NCBI GenBank assembly: GCA_951406725.2
Contig: OX597818.1
Coordinates: 76,136,001-76,200,000, forward strand
Length of the DNA stretch: 64,000 nucleotides
Direction: 5' to 3'
Source: Octopus vulgaris
Taxonomy: Eukaryota
Shown: piece after piece, positions 13,450 through 29,058 of the stretch
Layout of the letters: every line of letters begins with the position of its first letter
How positions within the stretch are numbered: position 1 is the stretch's first letter
Notes under the pieces: generated by a model
The model's database searches: none
What the model was told of the DNA's origin: nothing
The model's input: only the letters and a program-made list of their open reading frames with translations
Program-made: the position numbers and the translations under genes

Positions 13450-14372
13450 AACTCAACACATGACTGATTGTTGAAGTCCCACAACATCTTGTATTTCTTA
13501 CTTTCTAGTATTTTACTAGGTTCATGTCCATACCATTTATCAGTACGTTCAAATCCTAGCTTTCTGCATAGCTTCTAGTGGATTGCTCTCCCTAGATTGT
13601 CGTGTCTTTTCATGCATTCTTTCTGTGCCAGCATGCTACATTCACTTACTATATGAGTAACGCTTTCCTCTCTTGATTTGCATAATCTACATGGGACATC
13701 CACTTGGTTTTTGACTATCTTGGCGTTTATCCAATTAGTCCTTAATGCTTGATCTTGTGCAGCTACTAGCAAACTCCCTGTCTCCCTCTTCAGCTTTCCT
13801 TTCTGCAACTATAACCATATCTCACTACTACTATTTTCTGCAACTATCTTTAGGAATCTACCATGTAACGCCTTCTCCTACCGGTCAGATAATCTCTGTT
13901 CTTTCTTCTGGTTTTAAACTTCATTGGGTTTTTGGTTTCCCTATATCTTTTGACTTCCCTATGTGACTCTGGTAGCTTTTAATAAACTTGTTTCACAATT
14001 ACCAGTATAGGTGTATGTATCTACTCTAGCTAACTCCACGCAGCCTTCACTAGATTCGTACAATTTAGCTTTGACTTTATTAGCTTCTTCGCCCTTATGA
14101 TGTACTCCTCAATTTTCGTTTTCATTTCTGTGGTTAGTACTCTGTCAGATTGTAACACTCCTAGATACTTATAACTCTCTCCTCCTTTCAATGCTTTTAA
14201 TGTCTGGCCATCTGATAATTGGATGCCTTCGCTGTTGACTACCTGTCCTCTTCTCATGACTAATATTGCACACTTATCTACGCCAAATTCTATGCCTGTA
14301 TCTTTACTGAAGAGCTTTATAGTCTGTATTAAGGAATCTGTCTCTTTTTCATTCTTACTAAAAATCTTTGCT
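13450..14372 (-). mobile_element. R4/Dong-like LINE fragment, further family
   Basis: YKYLGVLQ, LLVAAQDQALRTN, CRLC..ESVTHIVSEC and RHD motifs. Confidence 0.85.
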
Positions 14373-14389
14373 CCTACTACTGAGTGTTG

Positions 14390-14448
<59 letters not shown>

Positions 14449-14559
14449 TTTATTGTTGGTTGGCCAAGGTGGTGCGCTTACTCTTCCGCTTTCTGCGGAA
14501 GGGGTGCGTTCCACAGGTCAGGAGCTCCATCTGCTGTTAATAGCTGCTGAATGGTTGCT

Positions 14560-15505
14560 GATGCGCAGACATGCGCTCAGGCTACGGCATCTCTAGCGTT
14601 TCTTTGACGGTGTGGTCGCCGTTTGTTAGACTCACTTTTCCACAGCTCGTCTCTTTGATTGAGATGCAAACCTGGATTAGGCGTAGACCGAGGAGGAGTG
14701 CTTGGCACCTCAAGTGCCGCCAGTCGGGCAATACGGTCGATGGTAGTTCCACTCTAGCGTTCTATAGAGGGATAGTGGAAAGGAAGTGCGACGACATTCT
14801 CGGAGAAACTCTTGGCGTCGACGAGAATCAACTAATCGGTCTGTTTCAGAAAACTTTCGGGCCTGGGCCTGTAGATAACTTCCAGAAATCCCTTGCCTGG
14901 CAGTGCTAACAAGGGGCGGGATAAACTTTACATGTACGGCAGTGTTATCAGCCGAGCTTGCCCAAGGTGCGTGCAGAGCGACGAAACCGTTTTGCACGCC
15001 CTCATCCAGTACCCGAGCATTGCTGACCTGTGGGTTGCATGTGGGACGGATCCGGCTATCAGCTGAATCCATTGGCCGGGAGGGGCAGGCCAAAGAGGTA
15101 GTATGGTGGACTCGTCTGAAAGGGCTAAAGTCAGATACGTTCCTCTTTGGCCAAGCCCTCATCAACTTATTGAGTTTCACTTGAAGGGGAAGGTGAGGGT
15201 GGAGAGGGAAGTGTTGCGTTCAAGCAAGTTTATTGAAAAATGGGTGAATGTTGAAAGAATGGCCAGTGTGAAAGGCCCAATTCTGCGTACTTGTGAAAAA
15301 TTAAAAGAGAAGGGCTCTTGTCTTGTTGATCAACGAGAAACCTTAAAGCGCCTCCCTCTATTGGGAGATTTCTGTTTAATTTTTTATTGCTTTCTAATGT
15401 TTACACGCTGTAAAATCCTTTCTATCGTCTTGCGTTGTCTTTTGTGTTGTGTCATGTCATTGTATGTTGTTTAATGTAAGCCTTTGTGGCTAATGAAAGA
15501 ATAAA
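14560..15505 (+). mobile_element. L1/Tx1-like LINE 3' fragment
   Basis: FYRGIVE..DNFQKSLAWQC, homologous to the 11165 copy, with a T-rich 3' UTR ending in AATAAA. Confidence 0.65.
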
Positions 15506-15533
15506 TTATTATTATTATTATTATTACTACTAC

Positions 15534-15588
<55 letters not shown>

Positions 15589-16464
15589 CACTGATACCGG
15601 AGAAAGTTATTTACCTGAGTCCAGTGGTGAGGCTCTGGCTATAGAGTTCAGGAGTTTTGGGCCCTTCGTTACCACTTCTCTTCTGATCCGGGTTGTAATA
15701 CCAGCTAAGGGCTTTATTTATGTGTTAAATAGCAGAAGGTTGCCTCGTAGCTAAGGCTTACAAGATCTGGAGGATGGCAGACCCCTAGATATGCTTTGCA
15801 CAGATTCACCGGTGTGTGGACATGTTCTAATGTCAATTGAACCAGCTGTCTTAGTGATTATGTAGACCCTGTACTTGGAAGTAAAGGAGACTAACACGGT
15901 ACCTATAACAAGTCACACTCGTTCGCGAATAACGACTGGCTGATCTGTCTTTGTATTGGGCAGAATACAACAATCTTGGATATCGAAGACATTATGTATA
16001 AACAAAGAATATACAAAACAAAACCAGAATATGAAATTGGTACGAAAATGGAAAACTTCGGAAAAGAAGAGTTTCTAAACCTTCTAATAGAACTAATAAG
16101 ATGAGGATTGTCAGAGGGAGACGATCTAGTTTCACTATTCTTCTGTATAATTCTGAATCAACCCACTAAAGGTTATAAATGATGTTATGGAAGAACTTCA
16201 CACTAAATCCTCTCCATTTCGATAATGTCCAGCTGGAGAACTTACGAAACATTGTATATGAATTCAATCTGGATAATATAAAACTTAGTTGGGACTACGA
16301 AAAGGCAACTTAAAATATAAAACTTTAAATTAGATCGAGACATGGAAATTGAAAGTTTGGAACAGAACCAGCTACGCAAATACTTAAAAGAAAATATGTT
16401 GAAATTGATAAATTTGAAGATACAAAAATTAAGAAATAAATAACACACACACACACACACTTTT

Positions 16465-16745
16465 ATCTTTTATCCTTCACTTGTTTCAGTCATTATACAC
16501 CGCCTATAAGAATTTTAGTAAAACTTAACGATCCCAGTATTAATTTTTTTTTCATTTTTTTTTTTGTAAAACTTGGCACTTATTCTATCGGTCTCTTATA
16601 ATGAAACACTAAGCTACGGGGACATAAACACACCAATACCGATTGTCGAGCAGTTGTGGGGGACAACCACATGCACAAAACACACACACACACACAGAAG
16701 CACACATACACACACACATATACGACGGGCTTCTTTCAGTTTTCG
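16465..16745 (-). mobile_element. SINE family 1 fragment
   Basis: ACGACGGGCTTCTTTCAGTT and CTTGTTTCAGTCATT motifs. Confidence 0.7.
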
Positions 16746-16992
16746 TAAATACATAGGTAACATATATTTATATATATTTGTGTTTGTGTGTGTGTGTGCG
16801 TGCGTATTGATACGTGTTCCATATATTATCGTATTTCTTCAGCTTTATGACTCAATATTTTAACTCGTTCCAGCACCAACAACTCAAACAACATCAACAA
16901 CAACAAGTGTTATTGACGTCGTTTTAGTTGTTCTTGGTTGAGCATTATCATTACCACGTTATAATCATATAATTTCATTCTTTGTCTTACTG

Positions 16993-17050
<58 letters not shown>

Positions 17051-17168
17051 CACCACCACCACCACCACCATCATTACCACCGACCACCCCTTCCATTAAA
17101 ACTACTACCACCATCAGCAGCATTACTGCAACAACTGCAACAGCAACAACCCCAACTACTACTACTAT

Positions 17169-17215
<47 letters not shown>

Positions 17216-17721
17216 TCATCACTACTACTGCCACCACCACTGCTACTACTATTTCTACTACCACTACTCTCGTCTCCATCATCACTGCCACCACCATATA
17301 GAATCACTGTTGCAACCGCCGTAACTCATATATATGACAAAAATAAGAAATTGTATCAGAAACAACAAAAGACCGAAAAAATCCCCACCACCACCACCGC
17401 CACCACCAAAAATATAAAAAAATTCTCACGATCATTTCTTTCTGTTGCAGAGCTTCACGAGACTTCTTGTTGTTTGCCGTTTTGTGGTAAACTGAGCTGA
17501 AACATCCGTCTCGATGAGAAGTTTCGATACTTGGGTTACCGTTTTGTTGACGTCAGTCAAAGATATCCACCAATCAGTAGAGGGATAATAAAATAGCATT
17601 TATTGAAGATCGCTCGATACAAAATATGTCTCGGATGTGGATCCCAGCGCAGGCTTTGGGAAGAGAAGTTCCAATGTCACCAATATCGATATTATACAAA
17701 CGTTAGAATGTTAAACAAGCT

Positions 17722-17850
<129 letters not shown>

Positions 17851-17864
17851 TGGCGTACATATAT

Positions 17865-17955
<91 letters not shown>

Positions 17956-17972
17956 CATATATATATACATAC

Positions 17973-18007
<35 letters not shown>

Positions 18008-18039
18008 TATACATACATATACATATATATATATATATA

Positions 18040-18427
18040 ATCTTTTATTTGTTTCAGTCATTAGACTGTGGCCATGCTGGGGCACGGTTTGAAGAGTTTT
18101 AATCGAACGAATCGACTCCAGTACTTAATTTTTTGTAAAGCCTGGTACTTGTTTTAACGGATCATTATGCCGAACCGCTAAGTTACAGGGAAGTAAACAC
18201 ACCAACAACGATTTTCTAGCGGGGGTGGGGGACAAACACAAACGCACACACACACACACGCAAATACACACACACACGACGGATTTCTTTCAGTTCCCGT
18301 CAAACAAATCCTCTCACAAGGCTTTGGTCTGTCCAAGGCTATAGTAGAAGACACTTTCCCAAGGTGTCACGGAGTGGGAATGGACTATATGGTTGGGAAG
18401 CAAACATCTCACTACACAGCTACGCAT

Positions 18428-18428
<1 letters not shown>
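18040..18428 (-). mobile_element. SINE family 1
   Basis: Reverse complement of the 350-860 family. Confidence 0.8.
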
Positions 18429-19290
<862 letters not shown>

Positions 19291-20067
19291 TTTCTATTAG
19301 CGACAGAAGCAGTATTAGTTCAGAATAGCAAGTTGTGCACCATGGTTAAAGCAGGTACAGTGTTGAAAGTCTTAAGAAACTATGGTATTTGTCTCAACTA
19401 AGTATCTCTTATAGAGGTATTGCGTAATAAGAAAACACAAAAATATATCAGTTGCAGACGAAAATTGTCCAGTAGCTGTGCTAGAATTGGCAAATACGTA
19501 TCTCTACCTCTTTGGTCCTCATTAGTAGTAAGCATGTTAAGAAAAATCAGCCGTTTGTGATATAGGGAGACAGAAATTGAAAATTCCCCAGTGTCTCATT
19601 TAGTCGGCAGGTTGAATAATAATTCATTATTAACGACAGTAACGGTATTAGTTCAATCTGTGAATCAGACTAAAAGCAGAAAGCAGCGGAAATACGTATT
19701 CAGCAATGAGACGACTGCTCCAGGACGATTTTCACTCGCTACTAATGTATTTCTGTGTTTCTTAACACTATACGTCTATGATAGATTATTTCTCGAGACG
19801 AGTACCACTGTTTACAAGGCTTTCAATGATGCATTTGGTCATATGTGTGCATATGTCTATATGTCACATCTGCTGCTAAATAGTTATATATATATATTTT
19901 TTTGTTGTTTTTAAAAAAATGTCTTCCTTTGGTTTGTGTCTGTTTTCGTTTCTCTTCGTGTTCGACGTCCCTTTGGTGTCCTGTACTCATATATGCGTGT
20001 ATATGTACATGTAGAGGTAGGTACGTACATATATGTTTATATATATGCATATGTTTTATTTCATTTA

Positions 20068-20136
<69 letters not shown>

Positions 20137-20200
20137 GTGTGCGCGCGTGTGCATGCGTGTGTTTGTATATATGTATATGCATGCATGAATGCATATATAT

Positions 20201-20381
<181 letters not shown>

Positions 20382-20475
20382 TACCGATTTACATTCACCG
20401 GTTTCTGGGTAACGATGAATAGCAGTACATCTCTGATGGGAGACAATTACTGGAAATAGATCTGGTAGACTAATG

Positions 20476-20544
<69 letters not shown>

Positions 20545-20986
20545 GTAAATGAGATGTAGAAAAAATCAATCAAAACTTTCCTGCTTGCACACACACACAC
20601 GCGCGCGCACACACACATACACACAAGTAGTGTTACAATGCAGTGGTACGTGTAAACTAAAGAGTACTCAGTGTGCATGCAGAGTAAATTTCATTATTAT
20701 GTTAAAGTCATTGTCTATAACATCTAAACAATTACCGAATAGTATATCAACAACGAAAGGTTTCAAATGGTGGTAGTTTTTGATTGCCATTCAGCAGAAC
20801 AGGGGATTAAGTTGTACAGTTCCAAAATAATATTCTTATCGCTGGCGTTTCGCGGCACAGAACAACGTGGTCTTAAGGTTTATTATCTTATTCACATCCT
20901 TTATGTTGATATTATTGATCACATCTTATTCTGTAGCTCAACCGATCTCTATTGTTCTTTGTGGTTTCCTAGGAAGAATTTATTTT

Positions 20987-21454
20987 GACGGAATTCTGGT
21001 TTAAGCATCTTATAAAACTCCTCATAATTTTTTTATTTTTTGGAATTTTCAACAAATTGTTACGAATGTGTGTTATACGCACGTGAATTCATGCGATTAT
21101 GGAAAAAAAATTGTGTATGGTCTAAGGGCGATTTAGCTGTTATTTTTAGTACACCTCACGACCACCTGATACCTTCCTCGTTTCTTTGACACTCTCACAT
21201 GTATTGATGTTTTTCAATATTTTGATTTAATGGAATGATTATGTACCTAAGGGTGGTCCACTGCTGGGATTTAAGCAAAAAATTCGGACTGTACTTTAAA
21301 CACTGATTTTCGAAAAAATCGTAAAAGAGTGAAACTTTTAGGATTTAGAGAGAGGGTGGATAAAAAATTATTTTTTAATTCTATTTTTCATAATCTTATG
21401 AATTCCTGTGTGTAGATATGTAAAAATATGGGCTGCTTAAACCAGAATTCCGCC
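20987..21454. mobile_element. MITE-like element with ~20-bp TIRs
   Basis: GACGGAATTCTGGTTTAAGCA at the left and TGCTTAAACCAGAATTCCGCC at the right. Confidence 0.65.
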
Positions 21455-22196
21455 TTCATTTTAATGATAGCATATTCGTTATTCTGTTTAAAGTATGAAT
21501 TTTGTAACTCGGTGGTATTTCCTACTAGTATGAAGTCTGCATATCTTCGTTACAGTTATGCGTGATATGCTGTAATCGATGTTTGACCAGTTTATATTAA
21601 AGTTGTCGAAAATTGTATAGTCCCGCTGAATGTCATTCACACCTGGATGTGTATGTAAAAATCACTGAGTTCATAATTTTTTAAACTGCTTTCTTACCTA
21701 CTAGTACAATATTTCTTTTGTTTCTCCGCAAATCACATAATTTACTTCTGTCTCGCAGGTAATAGCTTTCGTTAAACAATTTTCATCAATGATGTACATC
21801 TGTTTAGTGTAATTACATTCAACCAGTTATTTGTTACTTGAATCTCTTCCGCAAGTTATATGAATCTCTTTTGCAGTGCTACCAAATTTTTTTATACAGT
21901 TATAACTGACTTTGAGGTTATTTTTGTAAAACAATTTGTTCTGTATGTGAATATTTGTGAAATGTTTGAAAAATTGGTGTTAATAAATTTCTCAATATAT
22001 TTGATTTTATATAATGCAGATGGAATTTTATTTTTCGATATTTCGTTGCCGCACTTGTTTATGTAAAAAGAAACTAATTAGTTTTCTTTAAATCAGCGTT
22101 TGTCTAATGAATTATTGTAACTCATTGTTTTATTATGTAATGTTTTCTGTATCAAAAGATACATTTACTAATATTACAAAATTGCAATGTTATTAT

Positions 22197-22356
22197 CAGG
22201 CGTAGGAGTGACTGTGTGGTAAGTAGCTTGCTTACGAACCACATGGTTCCGGATTCAGGTTCACTGCGTGGCACCTTGGCAAGTGTCTTCTACTATAGCC
22301 TCGGGCCGACCAAACCCTGGTGAGTGGATTTAGTAGACGGAAACTGAAAGAAGCCC

Positions 22357-22417
<61 letters not shown>

Positions 22418-22580
22418 CGTGTGTATATGTTTGTGTGTCTGTGATTGTTCTCTCCCTCCCGATGCTGGTTCGGCAAAAGAGACCGATATAATAAGTAGGC
22501 TTAATAAGTCCTGGGGTCGATTTGCTCGACTTAAGGTGCTCCAGCATGGCCACAGTCACATGTCTGAAACAAGTAAAAGA
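22197..22580 (+). mobile_element. SINE family 1
   Basis: AGGCGTAGGAGTGACTGTGTGGTAAG head with the same body and tail as 350-860. Confidence 0.8.
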
Positions 22581-23548
22581 GTCCGGATATGCTTGATACA
22601 CGTTCAAACTGGGGTACAAGCTACTCACTGCCAAATGGCGTCGATACACCGCTTATCACCGCTTACTAAAGTTTTAAGTATCTTGGGAGAATGCTTAGAG
22701 TACTTATTCATGTAGGTGAGCATTGTGTTCGGTTTTTCTATAAAATTGTCCTTTGTCTTATGTCATCTGTAAGAAGTTACGTCCTTGATCTTTCTACCTT
22801 TTCATATATCTAGACGTTGGAAATGTATTTTCATATATGTTCTTCCTACTTACAGATGTGTCATTTGAGGTAATCTTACAGCTATTTCTAACAGGCCGAA
22901 CAACCACGCCGATGCCCCCTCATTGACCCTCTATAAATGACCTTGTTGATGATCATGTCTGTATCGATAAGTGTATGTATGTATGTATGTATGTCTTTAT
23001 GTATGCATGGATGAATGGATGTGTATATGTATGTGTATGCATATATATGTGTAAGTATGTGTGCATACGTATGCATAAGTGTATGTACATACATGTTTCT
23101 ATATATATGTGAATGTACCTGTGTTTATGTATGTTGTGTGTATATGTATGTTGTGTATGTGTATGTGTATATGCGTACGTGTGTACGTATCTATGTGTAT
23201 ACATGCATGTGAACATGTATGCATATATGTGTATGTTTGTATATATATGCATGTGAGTGAGTATGTATGTATATGCGTGATAAAATGTTGTTAGCATCAA
23301 CGAGGAAACATACCTGAGAACAGGTGAAATAAAACAGAAAATAGAAAACGAAAACGAAAAAAAAATGTGAAAAGACAGGAGAAGGAAGAGGGGAGGAAGA
23401 GAGGAAAAAGGGTAGGGAGAAGGTGGATGGAGAAGGGCAATAGAATTCAGTTCATCAAATATCGAATGAGGGTGATGACGTCAATAGGACGCCATTGATT
23501 TTGAACTACAAACTGACGAGTAAATATACGCAGTGAGCAGAAAGAGGA

Positions 23549-23643
<95 letters not shown>

Positions 23644-24129
23644 CACACGCGCGCGCACACACACACAACGAAGTAAATAATCGACAAAAAAATAATAAAA
23701 CATAGAACATAAATAAAAAATGTATTTTTGTCTCTCTTTTTCCTAAATGTGAGCTGTGCATTGAGATCGAAACCATGTCAAATTCATGTCACTGTGTCTC
23801 CAGTTGTTCTTTTATTTTCATATTTTGTCTTGTATTCTATGTTTTTTTTTCAAACTAAAAGTATATAAACAAACAGTATGAATATGGTGCAGAGGAAAAT
23901 GTTTTTCTTTTCATTTTTAATTGAACCCACCGTGGTTGACTTTGATTTTTAGCTATCAGGGATCAATGAAATAAAGTCAAATATTGAGTCTGATATAATT
24001 GTCTTATCTCTACTCTCAAAATTTCTTATACTTATGCGAGAGAATCTTCTTCTTCTTCTTCTTCTTCTTCTTCTTCTTCTTCTTCTTCTTCTTCTTCTTC
24101 TTCTTCTTCTTCTTCTTCTTCTTCTTCTT

Positions 24130-24160
<31 letters not shown>

Positions 24161-24178
24161 TTATTATTATTATTATTA

Positions 24179-24242
<64 letters not shown>

Positions 24243-24249
24243 GCAAGTT

Positions 24250-24770
24250 AAGGCAGCGAGCTGACAGAAGCGTTAGCACGCCGGGCGAAATGCGCAGCTG
24301 TATTTCGTCTGCCGTTACGTTCTGAGTTCAAATTCCGCCGAGATCGACTTTGCCTTTACGCACTGGGGTCGATGTAATCGACTTAATCCGTTTGTCTGTC
24401 CTCTCTGTATTTAGCCCCTTGTGGATAGGTATTTCGTCCACCGCTGCGTTCTGAGTTCAAATTCCGCCGAGGTCGACTTTGCCTTTCATCCTTTCGGGGT
24501 CGATAAATTAAGTACCAGTTACGCACTGGGGTCGATGTAATCGACTTAATACCTATGTCTGTCCTTGTTTGTCCCCTCTATGTTTAGGCCCTTGTGGGTA
24601 ATAAAGAAATAGGTACTTCGCCAGTCGATAAGTTCTGAGTTCAAATTTCACCGAGGTTGACTTTGCCTTTCATCCTTTCGGGGTCGATAAATTAAGTAAC
24701 AGTGGAGTACTGGATCGATGTAATCGACTAGTCCCCTCCCCACAAATTTCAGGCCTTTCCAGTAGTAAGG

Positions 24771-24829
<59 letters not shown>

Positions 24830-24945
24830 GGACGGCTTATCGTCCGTCTTCATGCTCTGAGTTCAATTCCGTCAAGGTTGACTTTGCTTTAATCCTTTCG
24901 GGGGCGATAATCTATTAGCCCTCCCCCCCAAAAAAAAACTTCAGG
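24250..24945 (+). mobile_element. Tandem array of SINE family 2 units
   Basis: The TCTGAGTTCAAATT..GACTTTGC core occurs four times, but only the first unit has the full head. Confidence 0.8.
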
Positions 24946-25009
24946 ATTATCATTATTATTATCATTATTATTATTATTATTATCATTATTATCATTATTA
25001 TTATTTCTC

Positions 25010-25282
25010 TTTATCACACGCTTGTTTGGAGATCCTGAAGTCTTATATGCGTAGCGGGTTTGCTAACCTGCAGCCTATGGTACAATGCTATCTGTTCTTT
25101 TCAACTATCTAATACTTTCCTGATTATTCTGGCCATGCCAAGAAGGCAAATCTTTTGTAACAGTTCTACTGTCGAAACTCTATTCCAATTTCCTTTATAT
25201 TCCTTTTGATGCCTTCTGATACTGTTCCAAAGGACCCAATAATAATTGGCACTATCTTTACCTTCTCCATTTTCCATAGCCG

Positions 25283-25283
<1 letters not shown>
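25010..25283 (-). mobile_element. 3' end of R4/Dong-like family B
   Basis: Reverse complement of about 7686-7960, with a (TTA)n tract adjacent. Confidence 0.8.
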
Positions 25284-25332
<49 letters not shown>

Positions 25333-25371
25333 GACAGACAGATAGACAGATAGATAGATAGATAGATAGAT

Positions 25372-25408
<37 letters not shown>

Positions 25409-27046
25409 CAGATAGACAGACAGACAGGCAGATAGATAGATAGACAGACGGACAGATATTGATGGAAGGATAAATTGATAAATATCTAACTAAACATAGA
25501 GTTAACTAGATAGATACCTCTAGAGATAACTAGAGAGATAGGGAGAGAGAGAGGGAGAGGGAGAGAGAGAGAGTGATAGAGAGAGCGAGTCCTGACCTTT
25601 AAAACATTTCATGAAAGATTGATGAATGACGAATCAAGTGTTGGTGGAAGGGTCAAGTCAGAAGCTTCCTTTGAAGCTTGACAGTACGTAGTGGACGCTT
25701 GATTGTTTGTTGAAGGCAATTGAAATCTACGTGGGATGTTTTCATTTTCTGTATGTTGCTATTTCTTTTAAGGAATATTATTATATTTTGCATTTTATAT
25801 TTCTATTACAATTATGTATTTGAATTTTTTTAAGTAATCATCATTTTTATTATCTAAACTGTAATACTTATTATGTGAGAATTCAACTGAGTGACTCTTC
25901 TTATTTACAAGAGCGAAACAAAGAATATCCACTTTTGTGGTAGGATTACATTTGAGGAAACTTTACTGCTATTTCCAGCAGGCAATGTTATTCTTGAATT
26001 TTCTTTTACGAAGGACGTGAATTCAGCATTGTACGTCAACAAGACTCATGTCCTTGCAGCTTCCTTTCCAGATGACCTTATCACTTTAAACGGGGGACTA
26101 TAATATGACTTTCCTGCTTACCTATAATATGATCTACCTACCGCAGGGATACTTTCCTCTCTTCTTTATGAAGAGTTGATTGCGATCGATCTTTACAGCA
26201 GACTCAAATGTAAATCAGATCCTCTCTACAAGCAACATCAGGTTTTAGGCGTAATACCTCGAGTCAGTTATGTTCGGACTCTGAAAGAGTGAGTGGACGG
26301 GTTACTTCTCTATACACGCATCTTGGACAGGACTAGCTGATAGTACTACCATATCTATAGAGTTTATCCTGAACTAGCAACAGAACAATACACCTGGTAG
26401 CATTACTAAGCCAATGATGTTTAGAAATTCACTACAGTCTCTAATCTAAAAAGCTTGAAGAGTATTTTCAGTTGATCTTTATCGGACGTCCAGAACATGT
26501 CCTCATAAAATCGCTACACACGTTCGTCGTTAACACTTATAGAATGTAACAGTTGACGTTCCTCTGATCGGACAGCATAACTGGTGGAAGAGTGCACTCG
26601 CGTGACAACGTTTTCTATGCCAGACACACAATGGTGATGTATGCTTGACCTAGAAGTGTAGTTCAATTAAAGATATGCTTCAAGCGCTTGTTCTTTGCCC
26701 GGCAATTTGTTATGTAGTCTCCGTGCACCATTGCGAATTGTCAGCTAAGACATTGAGAGAATCTCAGCGAAGTGGGTGCTGGCAATAAATGGAATTTCTG
26801 ACTAGTGAAAGTCCACAGGAAGGAAAAGAACAGACGTGCCAATCCCGTCAAGCGCAGACTGGCGTGTGGGTAAGATACAACGATCTGGCAGTAACTGATT
26901 ACGGTCGTGATATATGCGGTCTTTCTTCCATCTGTTCGTTATTTCAAGAACAGTTTCTCTCTCAGATTACACACGCACACACACGCACACAATCACGCAC
27001 CCACACATGCACGTACGCACATACAAACACACACTTACCATATACG

Positions 27047-27077
<31 letters not shown>

Positions 27078-27171
27078 TCATATGCAATGCCATACTCATA
27101 TATACATACACACATATGTATATATACATCCATATAAATACATTTATTATAAATATATATGCATATATACA

Positions 27172-28045
27172 TACGAGGGGTACCCAAAAGTAACTGGAAA
27201 CGTTCTCTGTGGGACAAGCCCGTTGTAGTTCAGGCTTCCGCTGCTAGAAGCCACTTGATGCGACTTCAGGCCGGCCGGCGTTGTCCAGTGAGGTCATGCT
27301 GTCATGTGGTGCATTTTTGTATTGTAGAGCTTCTTCCCTGTTCATAAATGTTTGCGTTGGCTGAAACAAAGGAACAGCGTACTTCCATGATATTCTGTTT
27401 TCTGTTGAAGAAAATGGCGGCCGAAACAGTTGTCATACTTCAAACAGCTTACAAGGCTGTTTCCATAAGCAAAACACAAATTTACAAGTGGTTTTCACGC
27501 GTGTCGCTTCAGACCCAACCTCATTCAGGGCGACCGTCGATCTCCCGAACGAATGAAAACATAATAATTCATGAAATGGTCTTGGAGGACAGTCACCGAA
27601 CAATTGACGAACTTGTTGATATGAACGGTGTGTCCTGGAGCTCCTGCGAACGAATTTTGAGCGAGGAATTACGAATGGAAAGAGTTGCATCAAAATTTGT
27701 GCCTCGTTTGCTCACGGAAGATCAAAAGCAGTCATAACTGAATGCGTGTCCTGAACTGGAAGGACAGTTGGAATTTGATCCGGACAATTTATTCGAAGGT
27801 TATCACTGGTGACGAAAGCTGGTGCTATGGTATTTGCAGATGTGGAAGAGGTGAAGAAGAACGACGGAAACGTTAAAAGGCATCACTTCGCAAGTGTTCT
27901 ATCACTGCTTCGAACTGTGGAAAACGCATCTTGACGGATGCATTGCTTCAAATGGAGAATACTTTGAAAGCATTAAGTGTAAAGATGTGAACCTAAGTGA
28001 ATAAAATACTGCAAAATTCGGTGTTCTTTTGGGTACCTCTTCGTA
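27172..28045 (+). mobile_element. Internally deleted mariner transposon
   Basis: TIRs TACGAGGGGTACCCAAAAG / CTTTTGGGTACCTCTTCGTA with TA ends. Transposase motifs HSGRPS, SKFVPRLLT, ITGDESW and GEYFE are present, but most of the catalytic domain is missing. Confidence 0.9.
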
Positions 28046-28050
28046 CGTAG

Positions 28051-28134
<84 letters not shown>

Positions 28135-28307
28135 GAAAATAGTAATGCATTACGAAAGTATTGCTTTCCAGTAAAAGATAGCCCGTAAGTAAATATCAGT
28201 ACTTCGTTGTACCATTTATTTACTTTGATATGTATATATATATACATATATATATATATACATACATACATGCACATAACCATACATACATATATACACA
28301 CACACAC

Positions 28308-28356
<49 letters not shown>

Positions 28357-28437
28357 CGAATGTATGTATGTGTGCGTGTGTGTGTTAGTGTGAAAAGAGA
28401 GCGAAGAGACGGAGGGATATATATATATATAATAAAT

Positions 28438-28472
<35 letters not shown>

Positions 28473-28503
28473 GGGAGAAAGAGAGACAGTGTGACAGAGG
28501 GAG

Positions 28504-28593
<90 letters not shown>

Positions 28594-28960
28594 TGTGAGA
28601 GAGAGAAATTTGCGTTTACCAAATTTCATGAAGAAATCGTTGATAAAAGTGATAGAGGACACTTGCTCAAACTGCCGCCCACGTAGTGACATCAAGATCA
28701 AATACGACACCGCTTGTTTCAGGAACGAACTCGTTAACGACGCGGCATAATATCCGCCTGTGATATTGGTGTTATTATTGTTGGTACTATACAACAATGT
28801 AAGACAGAGGTGATGAGAAATAGCATGGTCAGCGATGGAAGTTTATTGCTAGGAGAGGCTTTCTTTTGACATTTGTCAGTTTTCAATGAACAGAAATACA
28901 TTAAATTGCTTAGCTTATAGCAAGAGTCATGGCGGTAGAAGAGACAGAGAAGGATGTTTA

Positions 28961-29058
<98 letters not shown>

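Noticed and set aside
15600-16440. Old LINE-like remnants
   Set aside because: Too degenerate to assign a family or boundaries.
24250-24945. CRISPR-like repeat spacing
   Set aside because: The units are degenerate SINE copies in eukaryotic DNA, with no unique spacers or cas genes.
26100-26950. Possible DIRS/Ngaro-like gag relic
   Set aside because: Only a vague motif resemblance with many stops, which cannot be supported by eye.
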